The notes under the pieces were generated by a model. That model worked only from the letters and a program-made list of their open reading frames with translations. It made no database searches and was not told the DNA's origin. 64,000 nucleotides of DNA, from the NCBI GenBank assembly GCA_013289095.1, contig JABDAO010000005.1:303-64302 (forward strand), read 5' to 3'. The translations under genes and the position numbers were made by a program. The stretch comes from Bacteroidota bacterium (lineage in GTDB: Bacteria; Bacteroidota; Bacteroidia; Palsa-965). Shown here piece after piece: positions 19,201 through 29,400 of the stretch (position 1 is the stretch's first letter; the number at the start of each line of letters is the position of its first letter).

Positions 19201-20442
19201 ATGGAAACCGGAACTGCCAATTACCCGATGACGGCCAAGACTCAATACGGCCTGGAGGATTTACTTGCCGATGAACTTAAAAGGCTTGGCGCCAGCGCTA
19301 TTGTGAAACACAACCGAGCGGTTAGTTTTGAAGGCGACAAGGGCTTTATGTACAAAGCCAACCTTTGTTTGCGTACGGCATTGAGGATACTCAAACCAAT
19401 TAAGACCTTCAATATTGTCAATGAGGAGGGGTTGTACCGCGAAATCGGAAAAATTAATTGGGAGGATTATATGGGCGTGGATGATACCCTGGCCATAGAT
19501 TGTTCCCTCAATTCTGATTTCTTTACACATTCGCAGTTTCTGGCCCAGAAAGCGAAAGACGCGGTAGTAGATCAGTTCCGGAACAGACACGGAAAACGCC
19601 CATCGGTAGACCTGGACCAACCTACACTCAGGATAAACCTGCACATCTTCAAAAATGCCTGTACCGTTTCGCTCGACAGCTCGGGTGAATCGCTTCATAA
19701 ACGCGGTTATCGTACACAAACCAATCTGGCCCCGATCAACGAAGTACTTGCCGCAGGGCTGATCCTTCTCAGTGGCTGGGATAAACGCAGCCCGCTTATC
19801 GACCCAATGTGTGGTTCGGGCACGATCCTCATTGAGGCTGCCATGATTGCCAATAATATCCCATCGGGCTATTTCAGGAAACGGTTTGGGTTTGAATCCT
19901 GGAAAGATTTTGAACCTGCCCTTTGGGACACGATCTTCAATGCAGCAATCGACAAAATATCCGAAGAAAATCAACAAATAACAGGAGTCGAAATTATTCC
20001 CGAAATTGCAGAAATGGCCAAAGCCAATGTACTGGGATCAAAGGTAGAAGATACCGTAAAAATAGTTTGTTCCTCTTTTCATGATTTCGAGCCCTGGGAG
20101 CATATCACCAAAACAACCGGCAAACCGATTGTGATCATGAACCCTCCCTACGGTGAACGCCTCGAGCCCGAAAATATCAAGGAGTTGTATAAAAGCATAG
20201 GCGATACACTCAAGAAAAAGTACGCCGGTTGTGATGCCTGGGTCATTACCTCCAATGTGGAGGCCATGAAAAGCCTTGGGATCCACGCAACGCGCAAGAT
20301 CAGTCTCTATAACGGACCGCTGGAATGTAAATTCCTTAAATTCTCAATGTATGAGGGGACCAGGAAAGTGCATAAGCTGAAAAAAGAAACTCCGAACGAA
20401 GAGAACGCTGCGGGTGAAGAGCGGATTGAAGAAACGCCGTAA
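19201..20442 (+). CDS. THUMP-domain class I SAM-dependent RNA methyltransferase (RlmL/YpsC-like)
   Basis: 413 aa. SAM-binding motif DPMCGSGTILIEA and catalytic NPPYGERL. The N-terminal THUMP-like region begins GLEDLLADELKRLGA. The start could instead be the ATG at 19228. Confidence 0.88.
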   Translation: METGTANYPMTAKTQYGLEDLLADELKRLGASAIVKHNRAVSFEGDKGFMYKANLCLRTALRILKPIKTFNIVNEEGLYREIGKINWEDYMGVDDTLAIDCSLNSDFFTHSQFLAQKAKDAVVDQFRNRHGKRPSVDLDQPTLRINLHIFKNACTVSLDSSGESLHKRGYRTQTNLAPINEVLAAGLILLSGWDKRSPLIDPMCGSGTILIEAAMIANNIPSGYFRKRFGFESWKDFEPALWDTIFNAAIDKISEENQQITGVEIIPEIAEMAKANVLGSKVEDTVKIVCSSFHDFEPWEHITKTTGKPIVIMNPPYGERLEPENIKELYKSIGDTLKKKYAGCDAWVITSNVEAMKSLGIHATRKISLYNGPLECKFLKFSMYEGTRKVHKLKKETPNEENAAGEERIEETP

Positions 20443-20524
20443 GCTTTGAAGCCCACCCTGTATCCAGCTGGATTGCTGGTGAGCAGAGCAAGTGCTCATT
20501 CAGAATGTATCGGTTTGGAGGGGT

Positions 20525-20749
20525 CTATTTGCAATACGGATCAATGGCTTCAATACCGGCAGTATCCAGAAATTCTGTGATCTCCATATATTTAGCGCGT
20601 GCATAAGGGTCACGTGCCGGGCGTGTTTCAAATTCAAGCGCAGTCATTTGTTCAACATCCGTGCGGATTCCGAGTATCTTCCCGCTTTTGATGCTTCCAT
20701 CTTTCATGTACACGGTTGCATTATTTCCAATAATTTCGTTTGTGATCAT
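20525..20749 (-). CDS. hypothetical small protein
   Basis: 74-aa ORF with an ATG start and non-repetitive composition. No family was recognised. Confidence 0.4.
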   Translation of the reverse strand: MITNEIIGNNATVYMKDGSIKSGKILGIRTDVEQMTALEFETRPARDPYARAKYMEITEFLDTAGIEAIDPYCK

Positions 20750-20880
20750 CTCTATCCTGTTTTTTGTGGATTAACTTGAAACAAAAATAAGCCCTGGATA
20801 GGGAATCTATGTTAGGGAATTATGAAGGAAATGACAAGGGTGGTGGGAGTGATTTGGTTAAACCCAGCTTGTGCATGAGG

Positions 20881-21058
20881 TGGCTTGTGCGCTAATGCCC
20901 GTCAAGACCGGCTCAACCAGGTCTTCTGTCGGCCGGGCGGGCACCGTGTGTTAGGATTTGCGCGGCCCCCGATAGTCACCGGGATGGGTTATCCCGCGGG
21001 TTCGTTGTGCTGCTGGCCCTTTGAGCGCGAATGCCTGCTTCTAATGCATGCGGGTTTA
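20881..21058. repeat. dispersed palindromic element, copy B (long form with a 44-nt internal insertion and a degenerate right arm)
   Basis: It has the same tggcttgtgcgctaatgc start and the same TTATCCCGCgggttcgttgtgctgctggcc..gagcgcgaatgcctgcttc core as copy A. There is extra ccgtcaagaccggctcaaccaggtcttctgtcggccgggcgggc after position 18. The right arm has decayed to gcgggttta. Confidence 0.8.
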
Positions 21059-21263
21059 ATGGAGTTTCGCCCGTTAATTGTTTTAAATCACCTGAATAAC
21101 GCAGATAATTGTCAAATAACGTGAGATGGGTTGTAGAAGAGAAGGCATCAACGAACGAGGATTTTAATTTTTCGATTTTACTGGATATTACTCTATATGG
21201 AGTTAAATATCCTCTTGGATCAAATCGTATCATTTGGTGAAAATATCGGATTCCTGATTTCAT
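21059..21263 (-). pseudogene. truncated N-terminal fragment of a gene interrupted by element copy B
   Basis: The minus-strand ORF 20976-21263 starts with protein-like sequence (MIRFDPRGYLTPYRVISSKIEKLKSSFVDAFSSTTHLTLFDNYLRYSGDLKQL). It then reads straight into the repeat, ending ..EAGIRAQRASSTTNPRDNPSR, the same peptide that copy A generates. The N-terminus resembles the start of small nucleotidyltransferase-associated proteins, but this is from memory only. Confidence 0.4.
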
Positions 21264-21425
21264 TCAGTGCCTGGTTTTCATCTGAAATCATCTGAACCGA
21301 CAAACCTGCCAAGCTGTCATTGGCATCATCTTCGCTACCTCTCCCGCTCCGGATAAACTTCTGTCGAAAGATGGAACTTATAGCTGCAAATTACGTTTAC
21401 AACATAGCAAACATAGCCCCAGGTT

Positions 21426-22142
21426 ATGAAAACCTCCACAAAACAACTTCTTCTCAATATCCTGTTCCCAACACTGTTCGTGGCTTTTCTATGGATCGTA
21501 CGTTTTGCCGAAACATGTTTTCAACTCCCACTCGAACAGTTCGGGATTTATCCCCGCAGTCTGCATGGTTTGCCGGGCATTCTGGCTTCTCCGCTCATAC
21601 ATGGAAGTAATAGCCACCTTCTTTCAAATTCTCTTCCGCTCCTCATCTTAGGCACCATTATGTTTTACTTCTATCAGGGCATTGCGTTCCGTATCTTCCT
21701 CTGGATCTATCTCATGACCGGGCTTTGGGTCTGGGCAGGGGCAAGGAGTGGGGGGGCTTTTCATATCGGAGCAAGCGGGCTCATCTATGGCTTTGTGAGT
21801 TTTCTTTTTTTTGCAGGGATCTTCCGCAAAGACCCTCGTTTGCTGCGCATTTCCTTGCTCGTCCTGATCTTTTATAACGGGCTGGTCTGGGGGGTATTCC
21901 CAATTGCTGATAGTATTTCATGGGAATCACACCTTTTAGGTTCTCTGGCCGGGATTACCTGCGCCTGGTTCTTCAAAACCGAAGGTCCCGAACGTCAGCG
22001 CTATAGCTGGGAACTCGAAACAGAACCGGGCGAAGATGAAGAAGAGATTCCGGTGCAGCGGCCCGTCACCCCCTTAGCCCATCCTTCCCCTCAAACAGAT
22101 CAATCCTTTGTGAATTACACTTACATTCCCAAAAAGGACTAG
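21426..22142 (+). CDS. rhomboid family intramembrane serine protease
   Basis: 238 aa. Six TM helices, catalytic GASGLIYG (GxSG), a downstream His in WESHLLGSLAG, and an acidic C-terminal tail. Confidence 0.88.
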   Translation: MKTSTKQLLLNILFPTLFVAFLWIVRFAETCFQLPLEQFGIYPRSLHGLPGILASPLIHGSNSHLLSNSLPLLILGTIMFYFYQGIAFRIFLWIYLMTGLWVWAGARSGGAFHIGASGLIYGFVSFLFFAGIFRKDPRLLRISLLVLIFYNGLVWGVFPIADSISWESHLLGSLAGITCAWFFKTEGPERQRYSWELETEPGEDEEEIPVQRPVTPLAHPSPQTDQSFVNYTYIPKKD

Positions 22143-22153
22143 CCTGGTGAAAT

Positions 22154-22232
22154 GATTTGGGATTTACGATTTGGGATTTAAAAATGAATTCAAATTTTCG
22201 AATCCCCAATCGTAAATCCCGATTCCCAAATC
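22154..22232. repeat. long imperfect inverted repeat between the rhomboid and ABC-F genes
   Basis: The left arm gatttgggatttacgatttgggatt (22154-22178) pairs with aatccccaatcgtaaatcccgattcccaaatc (22201-22232), with a 6-7-nt bulge. The loop is taaaaatgaattcaaattttcg. It lies inside the spurious N-terminal extension of ORF 22157. Confidence 0.6.
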
Positions 22233-22255
22233 TTTATTCCTTATCTTCGCGCCCC

Positions 22256-24154
22256 ATGAATTACCTCTCTGTAGAAATGCTTTCCAAGGCCTATGGGCCA
22301 AAGGTGCTGTTTGATAAGATCAATTTCGGTATAAACCAGGGCCAGAAGGTGGCCCTCGTGGCCAAGAATGGGGCCGGGAAGACTTCGCTGCTTAATATTA
22401 TTGCCGGCAAGGACTCGGCCGACAGCGGACTGTGTACCTTGAGGAATGATATCCGGGTGGCTTTTCTCTATCAGGATCCCCAGTTCGACCCTCAACTGAC
22501 TGCCGTTGAAGTTTTGCACAGTGGAGACGATGCCGCAGCCAGCGCAATTCGCGAATACGAATTATGCCTCACCAAGGCCGAAACAGACGAATCTATGGAA
22601 CTCATGGACCGCATGCACCTGGCCCAGGTACGCATGGATCTGCTTCATGCCTGGGACTATGAAAGCCGGGCCAAACAGGTACTGAGCAAATTAGGTCTGG
22701 AAAAACACCTGGAACAGAAAACAGGCACCCTTTCGGGCGGGCAAAAGAAACGTCTGGCCCTCGCCCAGATACTTATTCAAGAGCCCGATTTGATGATCCT
22801 CGATGAACCAACCAACCACCTCGATATAGAGATGACAGAATGGCTGGAAGAATACCTCATGGGCAAGGATCTTACCCTGCTCATTGTGACACACGACCGC
22901 TATTTTCTTGACCGTATCTGCGATGAGATCATCGAACTCGAAGCCGGCAATGTATACCGCTACAAAGGCAATTACTCCTACTATGTTGAAAAGAAATCGG
23001 AACGCGAACTGAACGAAGCCAGCGAATTGGATAAGGCAAAAAACCTCTACCGTCGTGAACTCGAATGGGTGCGAAAAATGCCTCGCGCACGCGGTACCAA
23101 GGCGAAGGCCAGGGTGGATGCGTTTGATGATGTGAAGGAGAATGCGTTCAAGAAAAAATCGACAGATAAGGTGGAAATGTCTGTCAAAATGAGCCGGTTG
23201 GGCGGAAAGATCCTCGAGCTTATTAAACTCAACAAGGCCTGGAGCACTGACAAGCAGATATTAAAGGATTTTTCGTATGTATTCAAGAAAGGCGAAAAGA
23301 TCGGTATCGTAGGAAAGAATGGAGTAGGGAAGAGTACCTTCCTGAACATGATCCTGGGCCTGGAAACACCCGATTCGGGAAAGGTTCAGACAGGCGAAAC
23401 CATTGTTTATGGGTATTATTCCCAGCAGGGAATGACTTTCTCGGGTGAAAAACGGGTGATCGAGATCATCAAAGATATCGCAGAATTTATCCCCCTCGCT
23501 GACGGTTCAAAGCTGTCGGCCTCCATGCTCCTGCAACGTTTTCTGTTTCCTCCCGAAGTGCAGTACAACTTTGTCTCGAAACTTAGTGGAGGTGAAAAAC
23601 GCAGGTTGTATCTGCTCACCATCCTCATCACCAACCCCAATTTCCTGATCCTTGATGAGCCTACCAACGACCTGGACATTACTACGCTTTCTATCCTCGA
23701 GGAGTTTCTGTCTGAATTCCCCGGTTGTGTGCTGATTGTTACCCACGACCGTTATTTCATGGACCGTTTGGTGGATCACCTGTTTATTTTCCAGGGTGAA
23801 GGCCGTGTACGTGATTTTCCGGGCAACTATACTCAATACCGTGAAAAACTGGAAGAAGAGGAAAGCCTCAAGATCGAAGAAAAAACCTCCGCGCCTTCAA
23901 CTCCTGCACCCAAAACAGAGGCCCCTCGTTCGGAAAAACGAAAAATGACATTTAAGGAAAAGTTTGAGTTCGATACCCTCGAGAAAGAAATTCCATTGCT
24001 CGAAGCAAAAAAGAAGAGCCTCGAACAAAAGCTTGCGGAGACCCTCGCCGATCATCAGGAAATTCAAAAAGCTTCGGCCGAATATCAGGCTATCGGGGCC
24101 GAATTGGATGAAAAAGGATTGAGGTGGATGGAGCTTTCGGAGTTTGAGAATTAA
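22256..24154 (+). CDS. ABC-F family ATPase (two NBDs, no TMD)
   Basis: I prefer the ATG at 22256 (MNYLSVEMLSKAYG). NBD1 has GKNGAGKTS, LSGGQKKRLAL and LILDEPTNHLD. NBD2 has GKNGVGKST, LSGGEKRRLYL and LILDEPTNDLD. There is a charged coiled-coil C-terminus. Confidence 0.92.
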   Translation: MNYLSVEMLSKAYGPKVLFDKINFGINQGQKVALVAKNGAGKTSLLNIIAGKDSADSGLCTLRNDIRVAFLYQDPQFDPQLTAVEVLHSGDDAAASAIREYELCLTKAETDESMELMDRMHLAQVRMDLLHAWDYESRAKQVLSKLGLEKHLEQKTGTLSGGQKKRLALAQILIQEPDLMILDEPTNHLDIEMTEWLEEYLMGKDLTLLIVTHDRYFLDRICDEIIELEAGNVYRYKGNYSYYVEKKSERELNEASELDKAKNLYRRELEWVRKMPRARGTKAKARVDAFDDVKENAFKKKSTDKVEMSVKMSRLGGKILELIKLNKAWSTDKQILKDFSYVFKKGEKIGIVGKNGVGKSTFLNMILGLETPDSGKVQTGETIVYGYYSQQGMTFSGEKRVIEIIKDIAEFIPLADGSKLSASMLLQRFLFPPEVQYNFVSKLSGGEKRRLYLLTILITNPNFLILDEPTNDLDITTLSILEEFLSEFPGCVLIVTHDRYFMDRLVDHLFIFQGEGRVRDFPGNYTQYREKLEEEESLKIEEKTSAPSTPAPKTEAPRSEKRKMTFKEKFEFDTLEKEIPLLEAKKKSLEQKLAETLADHQEIQKASAEYQAIGAELDEKGLRWMELSEFEN

Positions 24155-24210
24155 GGAAAAACAACAACAGAGCGGAGAAAGAGGCCATTTTTATCAGGCT
24201 TTCTGTTTCT

Positions 24211-25392
24211 TTACTTTTGCAGCTCTTTCATTGCATCCTCTATCGTACTAAACATCTGATGTGAAGGGGGAAACACTTTCGAGAAGTTTTCTTTCGCCCG
24301 TATCAAATCTGCTTTTGCTTTTTCTTTGTCTTCCATCACCACATACACGTATGCACGGTAAAAACAAATATCGCCGATAACTTCGGGATCGTTTGCGTAT
24401 TGAGTGAGTTTTTGCTCAAGAAAGACAAGCACATCCTTGGGTCTGTTGGCATTGAAATAATCGGTGATTATCTCATTGTAGGTCTCTGCATCGCGCGGGC
24501 CCAGATCAAAATAAGAGGAGGTCACAGCATCCACCTCCTTGCCGTTATAACGGAATTCGGCTTTGAGCAGGAGCTGGCTCATGCTCTGGTTTTTTGGGTT
24601 TAGCCGTGCTGCTTCGCTATATTCATGCAGGCTTGCGGCTGTATCTTTTTTTGTGCTGTAGATCATGCCCCGCAGCAGTTGCACATCCGAGCGGTTAAAG
24701 GTGTCGGTAAACAATTCGAACGCTTTATTCGCGCAGAGCAGGGCGCTGTCTGAGTTGCCGAGCTGAAGGGAGGAATAGGCCAGACTGTAGTAAGCATCGG
24801 GATATTTCTGATTCAGCTTTACCGATTCAATAAACGATTTTTGCGCTTCGGCAAACTGCTGTAAAAAAAGCTGCGCAAATCCGATACGATAGGCTGCCAG
24901 ATAAGTCTTGTTACCATGGGTATAGGATTTTGTGTAGTTGTCGAGTATCAGATGTACCAGTTCTTCGGGTTTCTTTAACCAGTTTTCCTGAAAAATCAAA
25001 AAGACTTGATAATAATAATTCCCCAGGGCTTCGTATAACTGATAATTGTCGGGATATTTTTTGATCAGGGTATCTAAAACAGCCCCGGGATCGAACTTGA
25101 TGAGGTCGCCGTTCACATCCTTGCCCCGGTAGTCTTCGGGTTTTTCGTTGGGTTGGAGGTTGTTAAGCGTAAAAACCTGGTGCATGGCCGTGTTCACGAA
25201 ACCGGTTAGCAGCAGATCTGTTTTAGCGAGAACAATCGCAGGCTCTTTATTTGACGGATCAGCTTTCTCGAGCAGATCCCATGCCGATCGGTACTTTTTT
25301 TCCCCAATCAGTTTATCCGACTGTTTGATGCAACGTTGGGCATGGCCATGTATTGCAAGCAGAAACAACAAAAGCACCGATAATTTACGCAT
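24211..25392 (-). CDS. secreted TPR-repeat protein
   Basis: 393 aa. Signal peptide MRKLSVLLLFLLAIHGHAQ, then TPR-like units (AYYSLAYSSLQLGNSDSALLCANKAFEL and others). Confidence 0.8.
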   Translation of the reverse strand: MRKLSVLLLFLLAIHGHAQRCIKQSDKLIGEKKYRSAWDLLEKADPSNKEPAIVLAKTDLLLTGFVNTAMHQVFTLNNLQPNEKPEDYRGKDVNGDLIKFDPGAVLDTLIKKYPDNYQLYEALGNYYYQVFLIFQENWLKKPEELVHLILDNYTKSYTHGNKTYLAAYRIGFAQLFLQQFAEAQKSFIESVKLNQKYPDAYYSLAYSSLQLGNSDSALLCANKAFELFTDTFNRSDVQLLRGMIYSTKKDTAASLHEYSEAARLNPKNQSMSQLLLKAEFRYNGKEVDAVTSSYFDLGPRDAETYNEIITDYFNANRPKDVLVFLEQKLTQYANDPEVIGDICFYRAYVYVVMEDKEKAKADLIRAKENFSKVFPPSHQMFSTIEDAMKELQK

Positions 25393-25509
25393 ACAGACAG
25401 GTGAAAGAGATGAGTAGTTTAAAAGGGTATATAAAAATACAATATATGTTTAACATTTCCTGCCTTCGGACGTAATAAAACAACGTCTTTCGTCCTGTTT
25501 TTTGAAAAG

Positions 25510-26325
25510 CTAGCGTTTTCGCCGGCTTACTACAGGTTTTGTCTTTTCCGGTTCCTTTTCCTTTTTATTGATTGCTGTCAGGAGGTTTTCAAGTTCAGTG
25601 GGGTCGAGGTCTTTCCACTCTCCTGGTTTCATCTCGTTCAATTTGATATTCACGATCCGTATCCGTTTCAGTTTTTTTACCTGGTAGTTGCATTTGTGGC
25701 ACATCCGGCGGATCTGCCGGTTCATTCCTTCGGTAAGGATAATCCTGAAACTTTTTTCGTTTCCTTTATTCACAAAAACCTCGGCTGGCTTTGTTCGTTT
25801 GGTGAGAATGGTAACCCCTTCGCGCATGGTTTTCAGGAATTCTTCGGTCATGGGCCTGTTTACACTTACCATGTATTCCTTTTCCTTGTTGTGTTCGCTT
25901 TTCAGGATTTTGTTGTAAATGCTTCCATCGTTTGTAAAGAGCATCAGGCCTTCTGAATCCTTGTCAAGCCGTCCGATGGGGAAGAGCCGTTCGGGATGGC
26001 CAAGGGCGGAGCTGATGTTGTTCTCGATATCAGTATCCATGGTCGATTCTATGCCAACGGGTTTGTAATATTTCACATAGATGAAGGTTTTCTTTTCAAG
26101 AATAACCTTGTCGTCGAATTTGACTTCATCCCCGTCGCTCACGGTTGATGTAAAACGTCCGCGTTTACCATTGACGGTAATCCGTTTGGCAAAGATGAGG
26201 CCATCAGCTTCGGCATTCGAAATGCTGAGATTTTTAACCAAAAAGGTTTTCAGACGGTTGGTAAAACGCAAGAGTATGGTTTTATAAGGTGGATACTGGA
26301 TCTGGTTTTCAAGGAAGCTTGACAA
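25510..26325 (-). CDS. pseudouridine synthase, RsuA/RluB/RluF family
   Basis: 271 aa. S4-like N-terminus and the catalytic motif PIGRLDKDSEGLMLFTNDG. Basic C-terminal tail. Confidence 0.9.
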   Translation of the reverse strand: MSSFLENQIQYPPYKTILLRFTNRLKTFLVKNLSISNAEADGLIFAKRITVNGKRGRFTSTVSDGDEVKFDDKVILEKKTFIYVKYYKPVGIESTMDTDIENNISSALGHPERLFPIGRLDKDSEGLMLFTNDGSIYNKILKSEHNKEKEYMVSVNRPMTEEFLKTMREGVTILTKRTKPAEVFVNKGNEKSFRIILTEGMNRQIRRMCHKCNYQVKKLKRIRIVNIKLNEMKPGEWKDLDPTELENLLTAINKKEKEPEKTKPVVSRRKR

Positions 26326-26363
26326 GATACGAATTTACGAGCCCCATTGTTCAAACTACTGGT

Positions 26364-26402
26364 GCAAAAAAATCCCGTCCCGGCTAAGCCTGGACGGGAT
26401 TC
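26364..26402 (-). terminator. intrinsic terminator of the adhesin gene
   Basis: The minus strand reads atcccgtcc-aggcttagccg-ggacgggat followed by TTTTTTT. It lies 23 bp downstream of the stop at 26425. Confidence 0.75.
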
Positions 26403-26424
26403 ACTGAAATGAGGCAATGTGTTT

Positions 26425-29400
26425 TTAACGGATCAGCTGAACAAAACCATCCAGTGCGTAGTTTTTTCCATCGGTTCCGGTGGCCGCAACTACCCAGTAG
26501 TATGTTCCGTCGCTGGCTTTTCCGCCGGTAAAGGTAAGCCCATCCCATCCCAGCCAAGGATGGATGATATGTGCCATCAACACTCCCCAGCGGTCATAGA
26601 TCTTCATGTCGTATGAATCGATGGCTTCCCACTTCACGTCCATGAAATCATTACGGCCGTCTCCATTCGGAGTGAACACGTTTGGAACGACAAGCGACGA
26701 TGGCCGGTCTTTGATGGTGATGATCCGTTCATAAAGGCTGTCGCATCCATGATTATCTGTCACCACTTCTGAAACAGTATAAATCCCGCCGGTGGTGTAA
26801 ACGTTGAATGTGTTTTTAGCATTCTCTGTACCGTTTCCGTCTCCGAAGCTCCAGGTCCAGTGGTTGGCATTGGGTGAGCTGTTGTCAAAGAAGAAAATGG
26901 AATCGGGGGCAACCCCGACATAACTGCTTGCGATGAAATTGGCATGCACCGAATTGTTCACCTGGGGCACTGTTACCGGAACAACAATCCGGCAGCCGTT
27001 GGCATCAAAGATAGTACAGGTGTATGTTCCAGGACCGAGGAGGTTTATCCCTACTCCGGTTCCGAAATGGGTGCTCCAGCTATAGATATAGTTTGGAACA
27101 CCGCCGGTTGTAAACACGCTTGCTGTTCCACTGTCGGAAAGACATATTGCGGGCGTGGAGCTGGGGGTACCCACGAGTTGCGGAGGTTGATTCACAACAA
27201 GTGTTTTTGTGGATACACAACCATGTGCATCGGTCACCGTGCAGGTATAGGTTTGGGCTGAAAGACCGTTTATGACAGCAGTCGTTGCACCTCCAGGGCT
27301 CCAGGAATAGGAGTAGGAAGAAGTTCCGCCAGTGACTTTTGCCGTGTCCACACCGTTCGTGTTACCGAAACAACGCAGGGTAAGCGGAGAAATCGTATCC
27401 TTTAATGCAAGCGGTTCAGAAATGAAGATAGAGGTAGTCTGAAAACAGCCATGTGCGTCGGTAACAATACAGGTATAGGTGTTCGTTGCCAAACCGCTGG
27501 CCACGCTTGATGTTCCACCGCTAGGAAGCCAGGAATACGAGTAAGAACTTGTTCCACCGGTTACCGTAACAGAATCCTTACCATTGGTCAAACCATTACA
27601 GGTGATGTCTTTGGGAATATTGTTAACAACAAGTAGAGCCGGTTGAATAATGTCGGCTACGGTGGTTCCTACACAGCCTTTTGCATCTGTAACCGTACAG
27701 GTATATGTTCCTGCGGGCAGGGCAAATGTAGTTGCACTCGTTCCTCCCGAAGGAGACCAAGAGTAACTATAAATCCCGGCGTTTCCGCCTACCCCAACGG
27801 CTGTTGCTGTTCCGTTTGTGCCTCCGTTACAGGCTACTCCCAGAGTCGTGTTGGTTGGAGCCACAACGGCTGGCTGAACAACAATGGCTGTGGTGATGGA
27901 AGTACAACCATGCGCATCTGTTACAGTACTCGTATACGTACCTGCTGCAAGACCTGTAGCGCTGGGAGAGTTTCCTCCTGCACCCGACCAGGAATAAGTA
28001 TAATTCTGTACACCGCCTGTTGGAGTAACCAGGGCTGCTCCGTTTGCTTGTCCGTAACAAATCGTAGAAATGGTGGTATCTACTGTTGCAAAAAGCGGAG
28101 GTTGGGTGATGTTCAGGTTGATCGTGCCCGGGCAGCCATTGGTATCGGCAATGGCGCAGGTATAGTTGCCTGCGGGCATTGCGGTACCGGTTGATGTATT
28201 TCCTCCATGCGGTGACCAGGTATAGGTATAACCCGGATGGCCTCCCGATGTAGTCAGAACGGCGCTACCTGTGCTCTGACCAAAACAGTTCACGTTGGTG
28301 ATCACCGCAGTGGCTGTGACTTTGGTTGGCTGATGAATGGTGTCGGTAACACTGGTCTGGCAATGGCTTGCATCCGTAACCGTGCTGATATAAACCCCGG
28401 CAGGAAGGTTGATGATGGTAGTATCAGTAGGTGTTGTTGGAGTTCCCGAAGGCGACCAGGAATAGGTGAGTGCTCCCGTTCCTCCGCTTCCTAAACAGGT
28501 AGCGTTACCGTTGGTGCCTCCAAAACAAAGAACCTGATGTGAATGCAGGATCGTGTCCTTAGGGCCTCCTGTGTTTGAAACAGCAATAGAGGAGATTTGA
28601 GTACAGCCATTCGAATCTTTTACCGTTACGGTGTATATGCCTGCTGCCACACCACCGGTAGAGTCAACAGAACTTACAAGCGGAAGCGGGCTCCAGGAAT
28701 AGGTATAGCTTCCGGTACCTCCGCTTGGTGTAATGGTTGCATCACCGGTATGGCCAAGACACGGTGTCGGGCGGCTGGCAGATGCGAGTACAAGCAAAGG
28801 AGGTTGTTTTACAAGGGCGATGGAGGTGGACACACAGTTGTGATTATCGGTCACTGTTACTGTATAAGTTCCTGCAGGAACCCCGGTAATCTTTGAGGTG
28901 GTTCCGGTATTGGGAGACCAGAGGTAGGAGTATGTTTTAGATCCTCCGGTTACAAATACCGTGTCAGAACCGGTACTGTCGCCATGACATTTGGTGCGTG
29001 TGGCAAGGTTGGTTACAACCAGCGGGTTGGGTTGACGGATGGTGTCGATGGTGGTAGTTGTACAACCATTGCGGTCGGTCACGGTACAGGTATAGATACC
29101 TGCGCTCAGACCTGCTGCGGTGGCTCCGTTTCCTCCGCTTGGAACCCAGGAGTAAGCATAAGCAGGTGTACCACCCGATGGAATGGCTTTGCCTGATCCG
29201 TTATTGCCTCCGTTACACGAAGTAGAATCTTGTGTATGGATAGCCTTCAGTATAGGGGGCTCTGGAACACGGATCGTATCTTTCGAAACGCAACCATGAC
29301 CGCTGGTAACAGTTACCGTATATAAGGTAAGCGGTATCAAGCCTGTTGCTGTATCGTGACCCTGTCCTCCGCCGGGGGGAGGCGACCAACTATAACTATA

